A DNA stretch of 32,000 bases from Candidatus Methylomirabilis limnetica (GCF_003044035.1 NZ_NVQC01000022.1:270001-302000), one strand, 5' to 3'; positions 8,448 through 16,580 are shown, numbered from the stretch's first letter. The notes: generated by a model from the sequence alone, not told the origin. A program made the numbers and translations.

Positions 8448-8748
8448 ACAGACGGTACTCGCGGGGATCGACTGGGCCTGGATCAGCAGGGAGGGGTGAA
8501 CGGCTGAGCAAGGTCTCGATCAAGCTCCGGTAGGTGGTGTACCACCGACACGCTTTCTGGTATGCCTCTTGGACCTCGCGGCGTTCCAACCACGGCGTGA
8601 GGTCAAGACGGTCATTGACCAACACTTCGAGCCAGAGCAGGCGCACCCCCCGCTGATCTTGAAGCGCTTCATCAATTGAAGTCGCACCAGTATAGACCGG
8701 CAGTAATCTGAGAAGAGGCGTCGCGCGTGGAGCTGCTAATGGGCTCAT
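8410..8748 (-). CDS. Hypothetical 112-aa partner protein of the nucleotidyltransferase
   Basis: The track ORF 8410..8973 was trimmed to the ATG at 8746-8748 (MSPLAAPRATPLL...). It overlaps the NTase ORF by up to 38 nt. No family was recognised. It ends in RFVATHD (Rx4H). Confidence 0.45.
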   Translation of the reverse strand: MSPLAAPRATPLLRLLPVYTGATSIDEALQDQRGVRLLWLEVLVNDRLDLTPWLERREVQEAYQKACRWYTTYRSLIETLLSRSPLPADPGPVDPREYRLFAEAIRFVATHD

Positions 8749-8815
8749 GGACAATGAGTATAGAAGTCCTGCGGAGGTGTGGCAAGTTCTTTCACCAACT
8801 CGCCAGACGGAGTCG

Positions 8816-8975
8816 TCAGGATGGGTAGCAGGTGAACCGACAGAGGAAGCGGAGGTCGTCAGCGTGGAAGAGGCGGAGATCTTTGATGCCGTACTTGAGC
8901 ATGGCAACACGAGCTGAGTTCGTGGTAATCGAATCGAAAATACCCCGCGGCCAGCACGGGGCATACCGACCACGG
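8816..8975 (-). pseudogene. Copy C of the repeated gene-end module (..FDSITTNSARVAMLKYGIKDLRLFHADDLRFL..)
   Basis: This is the C-terminal part of track ORF 8816..9058. 8843-8881 and 8891-8914 align with copy A at the nucleotide level. The upstream part of the ORF is not protein-like and overlaps the ParE-like remnant. Confidence 0.4.
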
Positions 8976-9014
8976 TCAGCCATCACCTTTGGACGATTGG
9001 TCTGAAGCGCTGAG

Positions 9015-9215
9015 TTAGCTTTGTTGCTTGATGATTCGCTCGTACTCATCGTGAGCACCGATCCACACCCAGATGAAATCCGCGCCGTCCTCGACCGCCA
9101 GCGCCCGATGATGAGGACCAGCTCTCACGGACCACAGCTTACCAGCCTTTTTGAAGTGCAGCGAAGGATGTGCAGGATTTTCCTTCAGGAGCGCGACATG
9201 CCGTTGGGCTACGCT
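9015..9215 (-). pseudogene. N-terminally truncated RelE/ParE-superfamily toxin remnant (..LLKENPAHPSLHFKKAGKLWSVRAGPHHRALAVEDGADFIWVWIGAHDEYERIIKQQS stop)
   Basis: My own translation. The NP-HPSL-FKK...WSVR...RAL....WxWIG-H-EY signature is present. An in-frame TAG lies at 9216-9218 and no start codon follows it, so the region is absent from the ORF track. Confidence 0.55.
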
Positions 9216-9305
9216 CTAGACACCCTCCGGAAGAAGGGTAAAGCAAGCCCACAATCGGGCTATTGCGAGAGACCTCAGAGGTCTTTAAGGATCCCCGCGA
9301 AAAAT

Positions 9306-9321
9306 AGGGACAGACACTATT
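9306..9321. repeat. Family B core, inverted copy (AGGGACAGACACTATT), forming the left boundary of the RAYT remnant
   Basis: Reverse complement of AATAGTGTCTGTCCCT at 9577-9592 and 1039-1054. Confidence 0.65.
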
Positions 9322-9359
9322 ATCGTGACGATTCGTGATGCTCGCGGTCATGATCGTGC

Positions 9360-9581
9360 ATGCCACGGATTATCCGAACCGTTGCAGCCGGCCACCCGTA
9401 TCATGTGAGGCAACGCGGGAATGATCACCAGGCGGTCTTTCGAAACGACAGCGAATCGGAGGCACACGATGACAGGGCAGCGACTGCAAAGAGACGGGTT
9501 CATCTGGGAGGTGCGCAGGACACTGGACGAGTCATACACGTGGTGCAGAAGGGAAGACCACGAACGGAACCCAATAAATAG
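9360..9581 (+). pseudogene. Truncated REP-associated tyrosine transposase (RAYT, IS200/IS605 Y1-like) N-terminal remnant
   Basis: MPRIIRTVAAGHPYHVRQRGNDHQAVFRNDSE matches the RAYT N-terminus (MPR..R...G..YHV..RGN..Q.vF.dd.D). The degenerate RVHLGGAQDTGRVIHVVQ sits where the ..LM.NHVHL.. motif is expected. It stops after 73 aa. Confidence 0.55.
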
Positions 9582-9592
9582 TGTCTGTCCCT
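9549..9592. repeat. Family B repeat, forming the right boundary of the RAYT remnant
   Basis: Related to 1011-1054. It is inverted relative to 9306-9321. Confidence 0.65.
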
Positions 9593-9640
9593 CTATCCCA
9601 TGGCCTTAGTTTGAACCTTGAACGATCCCAGTCAGCGTCC

Positions 9641-9688
9641 AGTCCATCTGAGATCGTCGGGTTATGCGGCGCTAACCCGGCCTACGCT
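9641..9688. repeat. REP-like hairpin family A, copy 2
   Basis: AGTCCATCTGAGATCGTCGGGTTAtgcggcgcTAACCCGGCCTACGC is near-identical to 931-979. Confidence 0.7.
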
Positions 9689-9886
9689 GATGCCACTACA
9701 GGCGTCACGCCCGCGAGGGTATGGGCAGGGCTGGGGGTGGACGGCGGCGGGTGGCGATGCGTCGTCGCCGACAGGCAAAGCACGGACAGCGCAGCCTGTC
9801 AGTGCCGATTCGAGCCGTACAAGGACGTACGGCGAGATTAAGCGGAGTCACCCGCTGTCCACCCCATGGACCAGATGCCTCATATC

Positions 9887-9910
9887 GGGCGCAGCAAGCG
9901 GCGCCCCTAC
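9887..9910. repeat. REP family C hairpin (GGGCGCAGCAAGCGGCGCCCCTAC) overlapping the comEC stop codon
   Basis: 23 of 24 nt are identical to 17856-17879. Confidence 0.65.
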
Positions 9911-12450
9911 GGCTGCCGGCTACCCTGCCATAGCTGCCGACCGGGCTGTCGAAAGGTCGCCACTTCGACGGTGTTGCCATCACTCGTGACGGTGACGGCG
10001 CCATCCCGGTCGGTTCTGTACAGGTCGATGGCGGTTGCACGGTACCGGTCTAACGTCTCCTGATGCGGATGCCGGAAGCGGTTTCGGTAGCCGGCAGAAA
10101 CTATAGCGATCTTCGGTTGCACTCTCGCGAGGAACGGCTCACTGCTGCTCGTTCTGCCGCCGTGGTGCGGTACCTTCAGCACCTGGGCCTGCAGATCCGC
10201 TCCCTGCTCAAGCAGCAGGCCTTCCGCCTCCTGTTCAATATCACCGGGCAAGAGCAGCGTTGCCTTACCGTACCGTACGGTCAGGACCAGCGAGTTGCTG
10301 TTCACGTCAGAAAAATGGCCACGGGGCGAGTCGTGGGGCATCGGGTTAGCAGGATGCAGCACCGCGATCTGTACCGGAGCAAACTCAGACGTCCGGTACC
10401 CGTCGTGCAGGATCTTGTGGGGGATACGCCTGTAGCGTAGCGTCTCTTCGAGCCAGAGGTATGCCGGCATGGCCGCTCGCTGGCCGCTATCCCAGACCTG
10501 GCCGACCGGAAAACGGCGGAGGACGGCTTGCAGGCCGTTCAGGTGATCCGCATGTGGGTGGGTGAGGACCATGAGATCCACGCGGCCGATCCAACGGGAG
10601 AGCAGGAACGGGACCACCACCTGCTCCCCGATATCGAACCGATCGTCGAATAGACCACCGCCGTCGATCAGGATGGTTCGCTTCCCGGGAAGCTCCAGGA
10701 CAATGCCGTCGCCTTGCCCAACGTCGAGGACCGTCATTCGTACCTGGCCGTTCTGAAAAATGGGAAACATCCGTGCGCTGACCAGGATTGCGAGAGCGAG
10801 GGTCGCTACGCACGCCATCCACCGGAGCCACCGTCGCCATGCAACCGCAATCCATGCGCCCAGGGCCAGGTAGTAGCAGACGACCATCGGTACGGACGGG
10901 GGGAAGATCGTCACCGACGCGAACGGCACGCGCGCAAACCAGCCGGCGAGGTTGACCAGCAGATCGATCAGCAATCCTATGAGTGTGGCAAACCACCCGA
11001 TGGATCGTGGGATTACCGTCGCCAGCACGGCAAACAGCATTCCCGCCCCCGTGAGTAGCCCGCTCAGGGGCACGATCGGAAGGTTGGCCAGGATGCCGAC
11101 AGGTGAGATCCGATAGAAGGTCGAGGCGAGAATCGGGGCTGTCCCGAAGAAGGCCGCAACAGACAATACCACGGGGGTTACAGCCCATCGCCATGGCGGC
11201 GGCAGTGAAATCAACGGCACCCGATCGACCGCAACCAAGATCGCCCCGGTGGCGACAAAGGTGAGCTGAAACCCGACATCGAACAGGAACAGCGGTTGCC
11301 AAAGGAGAAGCCCTAGGGCGGAGAGGGCGAGGGTATTGAACGAATCAGCCTCCCGGTCAAGGACCAACCCTAGCAGGTAGACGTCAGCCATCACTGCCGC
11401 CCTGACCACAGATACGCTCCCGCCCGCCAGGGCAGCATAAAAGGTGATGAGACCCATTGAGAGCAACGCGCTCGGGCGCAGCGGGACACGGACGGCTTTC
11501 AAAAGAAAAAACAGCGCGCCGGCGAGGATACTCACGTTGAGGCCAGAGATGGCCAGGATGTGATACGTGCCGGATGCTTGGAACGCCTCGGTGGTCTGGC
11601 GCGGGATGTCGGAACGTGCGCCGAGGGTCAGGGCCACGAGCAGGGACGCCTGATCCGGCGGCAACAGGCCGTTCACCGCACGAATCATCCGGTTGCGGAG
11701 GGTATAGGCCCAGGTGAGCAGCGGGTTTCCCTCGCCTGTTCCTCGTCGCTCGATGGTGTCGCCTTTGCCCGCCCACCCTTCAAGCGTCACACCCTGACTT
11801 CTGAGATAGAGCGGGTAGTCGAACCCGCCGGGATTGCCGTATCCTCGCGGTTGGCGAAGCTTAAACTGCCCGCGAATGCGTTCCCCGTAGGCAGGAACGA
11901 ACTCGGGATGAAGCAGGGTCAGGCGCACGCGTCCGGTAACCTCGATCTCCCGCCCCGCCAACCAGATGGTCCGCAGATCGAGAAGGACCCGAACTCGCCC
12001 CGCTTCGCTCTCGATCTCCCTGTCGCCGCCGGCCAGGGGATCGTTTGGTGAGGCCACAACCCCCTCTATCAGAAGCGGTTGCTCCAGAACTTCTTCGGGC
12101 AGATGGTCGATGTGATGCGGAGGGAGAAGGTGGGACTCGACCCCGAGGCGACCCGCGCCAAGGGAGAAGAACAAGAGTAGAAGCAAGATGCCGGCAACGC
12201 GAAGGCGGTGATACGCGGCACTCAGCAGGGTAAGGCCGGCGGCTACGAGTCCGGCGAGAAACCAGACGAGCGTCGGAAGCTGCAGAAGGCGCGCCGCCAC
12301 GATCCCCAGGAGGAACGCAAGGATCAGCGGTACAAGCGGACGGCGTACGCCGTCAATCTCCTGTCGCCATTCGGCGTCTTGCGCCCTTAATGCGGTGCTC
12401 GGTCCCGTTTCACCCACGCTCCCCCTCAGCCTGGTCTTTCCTTCAGACAA
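9907..12450 (-). CDS. comEC: DNA internalization-related competence protein ComEC/Rec2 with a C-terminal metallo-beta-lactamase domain, 847 aa
   Basis: Has a polytopic competence domain (SGLNVSILAG..). The C-terminus reads MTVLDVGQGDGIVLE...DLMVLTHPHADHLNGL...VPHHG. The start is TTG and uncertain. Confidence 0.85.
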   Translation of the reverse strand: MSEGKTRLRGSVGETGPSTALRAQDAEWRQEIDGVRRPLVPLILAFLLGIVAARLLQLPTLVWFLAGLVAAGLTLLSAAYHRLRVAGILLLLLFFSLGAGRLGVESHLLPPHHIDHLPEEVLEQPLLIEGVVASPNDPLAGGDREIESEAGRVRVLLDLRTIWLAGREIEVTGRVRLTLLHPEFVPAYGERIRGQFKLRQPRGYGNPGGFDYPLYLRSQGVTLEGWAGKGDTIERRGTGEGNPLLTWAYTLRNRMIRAVNGLLPPDQASLLVALTLGARSDIPRQTTEAFQASGTYHILAISGLNVSILAGALFFLLKAVRVPLRPSALLSMGLITFYAALAGGSVSVVRAAVMADVYLLGLVLDREADSFNTLALSALGLLLWQPLFLFDVGFQLTFVATGAILVAVDRVPLISLPPPWRWAVTPVVLSVAAFFGTAPILASTFYRISPVGILANLPIVPLSGLLTGAGMLFAVLATVIPRSIGWFATLIGLLIDLLVNLAGWFARVPFASVTIFPPSVPMVVCYYLALGAWIAVAWRRWLRWMACVATLALAILVSARMFPIFQNGQVRMTVLDVGQGDGIVLELPGKRTILIDGGGLFDDRFDIGEQVVVPFLLSRWIGRVDLMVLTHPHADHLNGLQAVLRRFPVGQVWDSGQRAAMPAYLWLEETLRYRRIPHKILHDGYRTSEFAPVQIAVLHPANPMPHDSPRGHFSDVNSNSLVLTVRYGKATLLLPGDIEQEAEGLLLEQGADLQAQVLKVPHHGGRTSSSEPFLARVQPKIAIVSAGYRNRFRHPHQETLDRYRATAIDLYRTDRDGAVTVTSDGNTVEVATFRQPGRQLWQGSRQP

Positions 12451-12530
12451 CGACAGAAATGAGCGAGAGAAACAGTATCTTAGCGCACGACATGGCTATC
12501 AAGTAACAGGGAAGTCCGGACCCGGCGGAT

Positions 12531-12559
12531 TTGACTTCAAAATCCGAACGCATTAACCT
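12531..12559 (+). promoter_or_regulatory. Candidate sigma70-type promoter (TTGACT-17 nt-TAACCT) for the 12611 gene
   Basis: Hexamers read directly from the sequence. There is no experimental support. Confidence 0.3.
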
Positions 12560-12610
12560 TAGGAAAAGAAAGAGGGCTTGCACAACCGCGACGTCGAAGG
12601 GTCATGTAAA

Positions 12611-13051
12611 ATGATAGGACTTCTTCTTCTTGTAACGTTAGCCTCGACCGAGTTAACGATCGATCTGGATCGTCCCCTCCCGTCTGCTTTTCGTTGCATT
12701 CAGGCGGTCGTCACCGCTCAAGGGGAGTCGATCATCCGTGTTGACGAAGAACAGGGCGTGATTATGACACGGTTACGGCCGGTCGATCTGGAAATACTCC
12801 ACCGGATTGCCGTCACCGACCGTGCGGGAGCGGTAATCCGGTGGACGAAGGGCATTTACCAGCTCACCATTACTCTTTCCCCAGGCGAGCAAGGAGGAAC
12901 CCGGGTTCGAGCTGCAGCCAGAATCCTTGGATACGACGAGAGCGATCTGCGACTTATGCGGCCTTCACCATGGTGGCCGCTTGCCTCAACCGGCCACCTT
13001 GAAGCTGGTATCCTCGCGGCCGTCATCGCCTCCTGTCGAGCGAACTCCTAA
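12611..13051 (+). CDS. Hypothetical exported protein, 146 aa
   Basis: The track ORF was trimmed to the ATG at 12611 (MIGLLLLVTLAST.., signal-like). It is preceded by GAAGGG. No family was recognised. Confidence 0.5.
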   Translation: MIGLLLLVTLASTELTIDLDRPLPSAFRCIQAVVTAQGESIIRVDEEQGVIMTRLRPVDLEILHRIAVTDRAGAVIRWTKGIYQLTITLSPGEQGGTRVRAAARILGYDESDLRLMRPSPWWPLASTGHLEAGILAAVIASCRANS

Positions 13052-14733
13052 AACTTCCCAGCCTTAATATCGGGGTTACCGAGGGAGTTATCCCCCCAGG
13101 CACCGATAAAACCGCTGTTCGTTTTAGTAAAATCACTGGCCAGGCCGTCGTAGTCCCCCATGTATCTGGAATTCAGCAACAGATCCTGGCTCGGAACTGC
13201 CGGGAAATTGGTCTTTGTAATCTTCTTATTTTTCCAACTGATCCCAGCATTCTTGGATGAGGCGCATTCCCAGTCGATCAGAAAATTACTGGGGTCCCGA
13301 CGTCGATCATAGAAACAGACACCGATCTTCCCCGCTTTATCCACGGCGATCCCCGGCTGATACTGGTCGGTTCCCAGACCGGACGACAATGGTTCAGGGT
13401 TGTCATTGACCCGAACAGGAGGCAACCATGTAGCGCCGCCGTCCGTTGAGCGGCTGAACAGGATGTCGGTATACCCGTAAGCCCCTACCCAAAAATCTGG
13501 CACCGTTAGATTTCGACCATCATTCCAGGCGATATAGACATAGCCGTTCGTCGAGGTACCCGATCGGTCTACAGCCAGTGTGGGGAATTCAGATGAGCGA
13601 AAGTTACCCTGGAGACGCGCGCAGCTTCCCGCACAGATCATATCGTTCACCTTCACCAAAGGTCCGAACGTCGAACCATTATCCGTGGACTTCCGGATGT
13701 CGATCTCGCTCGCGCCTGAAGCCGCGAACGCTTCCCAGGCAACATAGACCTCGCCGCCGGGCCCGACCGCTACCTGTGAGCCCTGAACGCCAGCAAGATC
13801 GCAGACCTCACTGATTACCACAGGAGGGCCCCAGCTTACCCCTCCATCCACAGAGCGGACCAGTTCGATGGCGGTTCTCAAGATGGGGTCACCGGCGTTA
13901 AATCCGCACACCGCGCCCGAGAGGTCAAAGTCTGTATAGGTGACGAAGAGTCGGTTTGGGCTTGTGGGGTCTACAGCTATCCACTCTTTGTCCAGAAAAT
14001 GTGTGGCAATACTTTTACTGACCGCTGAAATCGGGTTACCGAAGATCGCCCCACCGTCAATCGACTTCGAGACCGAGATGTCACTTGTTGCCCCCCTGTC
14101 GAAGAGCGATGCATAGTAAAATGTGTTCGGATCGCTACACGCAACAACAGGGTCTCCCGCTAGAAAGTCGGTGACCACCGGCCCGGGGTTCAGGAAGCCC
14201 AAGTCGGTGAACGATCTTCCTTTGTTGGTCGAGCGGGCGACCCCATTGAAGCTCAATCCTGCGAGTGAAAAGTATGTCTCCAGATAACTCCCCGAGTCAT
14301 TAAAGCCGATCACCACATTGTTCCCGCACCATGCGGTCGAGGTCTCACTCTGGGTAAACCCTGCGAAGCGGGAGGATAATACATCAATAGCCGGGTTCGA
14401 GACCTGCTTGGGTGACAGGATCCGACCAGCCAGAGCCTCTTCCACGTCAGGCGGTACGGTCGGTCGATCCGAGGGACGGGACGCTGGCCGCATTTGCCGC
14501 AGGTACGGTTCGATCCGGTCCCACCGCTCCGCCAGATTAATCAGGTTGAGAGCGCCACTCGAGAGCATGCTTCGCGCAGATTCTGGCATGCGTTCTGCGA
14601 AGGCCTTAACTCGTTCCACCGTCTGCTTCATGGCTGCCGACCGTTCCGGGCCAACCTGGGCCCATGTAACCTTCTCGCTCAGGATAACGAGACTGCCCAC
14701 CAAAACGATGATCCCCATCCCTCGTCGATGCAT
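13048..14733 (-). CDS. Secreted BNR/Asp-box repeat protein (sialidase-like beta-propeller), 561 aa
   Basis: Asp-boxes SIDGGAIFG, SVDGGVSWG, STDNGSTFG and STDGGATWL. The start was moved to the ATG at 14733 (MHRRGMGIIVLVGSLV..) behind AAGGAG. Confidence 0.75.
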   Translation of the reverse strand: MHRRGMGIIVLVGSLVILSEKVTWAQVGPERSAAMKQTVERVKAFAERMPESARSMLSSGALNLINLAERWDRIEPYLRQMRPASRPSDRPTVPPDVEEALAGRILSPKQVSNPAIDVLSSRFAGFTQSETSTAWCGNNVVIGFNDSGSYLETYFSLAGLSFNGVARSTNKGRSFTDLGFLNPGPVVTDFLAGDPVVACSDPNTFYYASLFDRGATSDISVSKSIDGGAIFGNPISAVSKSIATHFLDKEWIAVDPTSPNRLFVTYTDFDLSGAVCGFNAGDPILRTAIELVRSVDGGVSWGPPVVISEVCDLAGVQGSQVAVGPGGEVYVAWEAFAASGASEIDIRKSTDNGSTFGPLVKVNDMICAGSCARLQGNFRSSEFPTLAVDRSGTSTNGYVYIAWNDGRNLTVPDFWVGAYGYTDILFSRSTDGGATWLPPVRVNDNPEPLSSGLGTDQYQPGIAVDKAGKIGVCFYDRRRDPSNFLIDWECASSKNAGISWKNKKITKTNFPAVPSQDLLLNSRYMGDYDGLASDFTKTNSGFIGAWGDNSLGNPDIKAGKF

Positions 14734-14871
14734 CACGTCAGACTCCTTTCCCTCTTCGATGTTCAGATCTACCACTGAACAATATTGGGAACCATCGATC
14801 ACTCGCCTTTTATTCTCTCGCGAATCACCCGCTCCACGGCAACCGCCTCGCTTCCTGCAAGCACCGGTTGC

Positions 14872-15837
14872 TCATTTACCACCCCTGAGAAAGAGGACCC
14901 ACATCGTGTCTACCATTGCGTGGAGCGTTGCAGATGCCATGATGGAGTTCGTCTTCCAAAACACAAACCCATATCCTAATCCGGCAATAGTGGCTACCCC
15001 GGCGTACGGCCAGTTCGGGACGTCAAACCCTAACGCCCTTTTATTCACATGCGCCAGTCCAAACACTACAGACGCAATAACCAGTGCCCCAATTGGATGA
15101 AGGCGATGCCGGAGAAGATTCTGAATCGCACCGCGAAACAGTATTTCTTCGACCACTCCGATGCTGACAAAGATCATCGGAACAGCTACTAATATCGCGA
15201 CTGGAATGGCCATGGCCATAGGTAAACCAAGAGGATTGGGGCTCACCACCTTGGCGATCCCCCATGTGGTCAGCCCGGTAGAGAGCGTAATCAACAACAG
15301 CGTGACGCTGAGAACTCCGAAGGTTGCTGCCGTCGGGAGCAGATCGGACTTTTTAAAAGATAGATCGCACTTCAGATCAAATCTTCTCCACCCCGACAGG
15401 GCAATGAGTGTATAAATGACAGCCGCGTACACGCCTAACGGCAGAGCGGTGGGCCGGGTGCTACCGATTTGCACCCGAAGCCAATTCGTGTCCACAATCT
15501 TCAACTCAATTAGCAACCAGATCCACAGCGCTACGGCAAAATTAATCACCAGGTCTCTTCCGGTGAATGTCTCGTCGGATTTTGGTCCGGTCAGGTAGAG
15601 CAGCAATGTCGGCACTCCAAAATATGCCGCCAACAGTGCGAATTGATTGAAGCCCCACTGATCGACCGCTATGCTCACTATGCTGTAGTACGCCAGCATG
15701 AGAAATGGGAGCCACCAGATGCGAAGAGGCTTTTCCGCAAGCCAAGCGCCTAGGCCTCCTCGAGTTGATTTTTTCATCATCGCGATGAGCGTCACTGCCA
15801 GCATGACGATGCCGATGATGACCACTGCGATCCCCAT
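14872..15837 (-). CDS. CPBP-family intramembrane glutamic endopeptidase (CAAX protease/Abi family), 321 aa
   Basis: Polytopic, with EEILFRG...FGLAHV....HAMVD motifs. A GGGAGG SD lies 7 nt upstream of the ATG. Confidence 0.8.
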   Translation of the reverse strand: MGIAVVIIGIVMLAVTLIAMMKKSTRGGLGAWLAEKPLRIWWLPFLMLAYYSIVSIAVDQWGFNQFALLAAYFGVPTLLLYLTGPKSDETFTGRDLVINFAVALWIWLLIELKIVDTNWLRVQIGSTRPTALPLGVYAAVIYTLIALSGWRRFDLKCDLSFKKSDLLPTAATFGVLSVTLLLITLSTGLTTWGIAKVVSPNPLGLPMAMAIPVAILVAVPMIFVSIGVVEEILFRGAIQNLLRHRLHPIGALVIASVVFGLAHVNKRALGFDVPNWPYAGVATIAGLGYGFVFWKTNSIMASATLHAMVDTMWVLFLRGGK

Positions 15838-15961
15838 TCAGGAACCTCCCATAGTCTCAGCGCTCTCTACATACGCGCCTTTATAACAGCCTCGCCGAGG
15901 CTCTTTCAAGCGAATTCTGTTTACTTGGCCAGGCCCCTTCACTACAATTCTTCTAATGCAG

Positions 15962-16125
15962 GTAACTACTCAAGGTGTTTAGGCTGAAGGCTGAAGGCTG
16001 AAGGTTCTAAATTATCTCGCAAGGCACGAGTCGAGCCATTCAAGATCTTTTCGGAGTTTTCTTTGATCACGCATGACTTACCCCTAAAAGCCTTCAGCCT
16101 TCAGCCTATCCACCTGAGTAGTTTC
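15962..16125 (-). mobile_element. IVS-like MITE, copy 1 (164 bp), with the ORF remnant on the minus strand
   Basis: Its termini are GTAACTACTCAAGGTG ... CACCTGAGTAGTTTC. Its arms are (GGCTGAA)3 and (TTCAGCC)2. It is flanked by the perfect 8-bp direct repeat TAATGCAG (15954-61 and 16126-33). The loop encodes MRDQRKLRKDLEWLDSCLAR stop. Confidence 0.75.
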
Positions 16126-16127
16126 TA

Positions 16128-16450
16128 ATGCAGGAAGAACTCCCCATGACTCACGACACATCACCGGCAGCTATCGCGATGGCTGAGCAGATTGCGGAAC
16201 TCCAGGAGCGGGTTCTGGATGATGCGCTAGGGCCTCGAGGGCACCCACGATCGTCTGAAGCGCCATGGGCCTGCCGCTGCGGAGCCCGAACGGGCTTCGC
16301 CCGGAGGGGGGGGCGCCATCAACTTCTTCGTACCGACTCCGGAGCGGTTTCGATCACGCTGTACGTAGTACGCTGCTCTAGTTGTCGCGCTGTTTTCTCG
16401 CCATTTCGCCAGCTTATCGAGTTGGCATCGCACGGCGATCGACCGGAGGA
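16128..16450 (+). pseudogene. Possible remnant of a transposase N-terminal zinc-ribbon region (ISKra4-like layout), read as an in-frame extension of the lptF ORF
   Basis: ..ELQERVLDDAL...CRCGARTGFARRGGRHQLLRTDSGAVSITLYVVRCSSCRAVFSP.. shows the C-x-C-G ... R..L.T..G ... C..C ...P architecture. This is a weak assignment made by eye. Confidence 0.3.
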
Positions 16451-16492
16451 GATCCTGAAGCATTTACGGTCGCTACCGCCTCTTCGACTCCA

Positions 16493-16527
16493 CTCAGGAC
16501 AGGCCCTTCGACCAGGCTCAGGACAGG
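16493..16527. repeat. Duplicated 11-mer CTCAGGACAGG (REP-like; gives the LRLHSGQALRPGSGQ pseudo-peptide)
   Basis: Identical 11-mers at 16493-16503 and 16517-16527. Confidence 0.5.
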
Positions 16528-16580
16528 TCTTGACTAAAGACCTCGATGACTCCAAGACCTCACCTCCACGTCGCGCCGAT

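Noticed and set aside
10487-11302. Long ORFs antisense to or out of frame with comEC, and similar ones at 14318..15100, 23060..23662, 23934..24431, 24447..25271, 25145..25774, 26217..26855, 29360..29920 and 29655..30197
   Set aside because: These are Arg/Pro/Gly-rich, low-complexity translations that lie entirely inside confidently assigned genes on another frame or strand. Such stop-poor alternative frames are typical of high-GC DNA.
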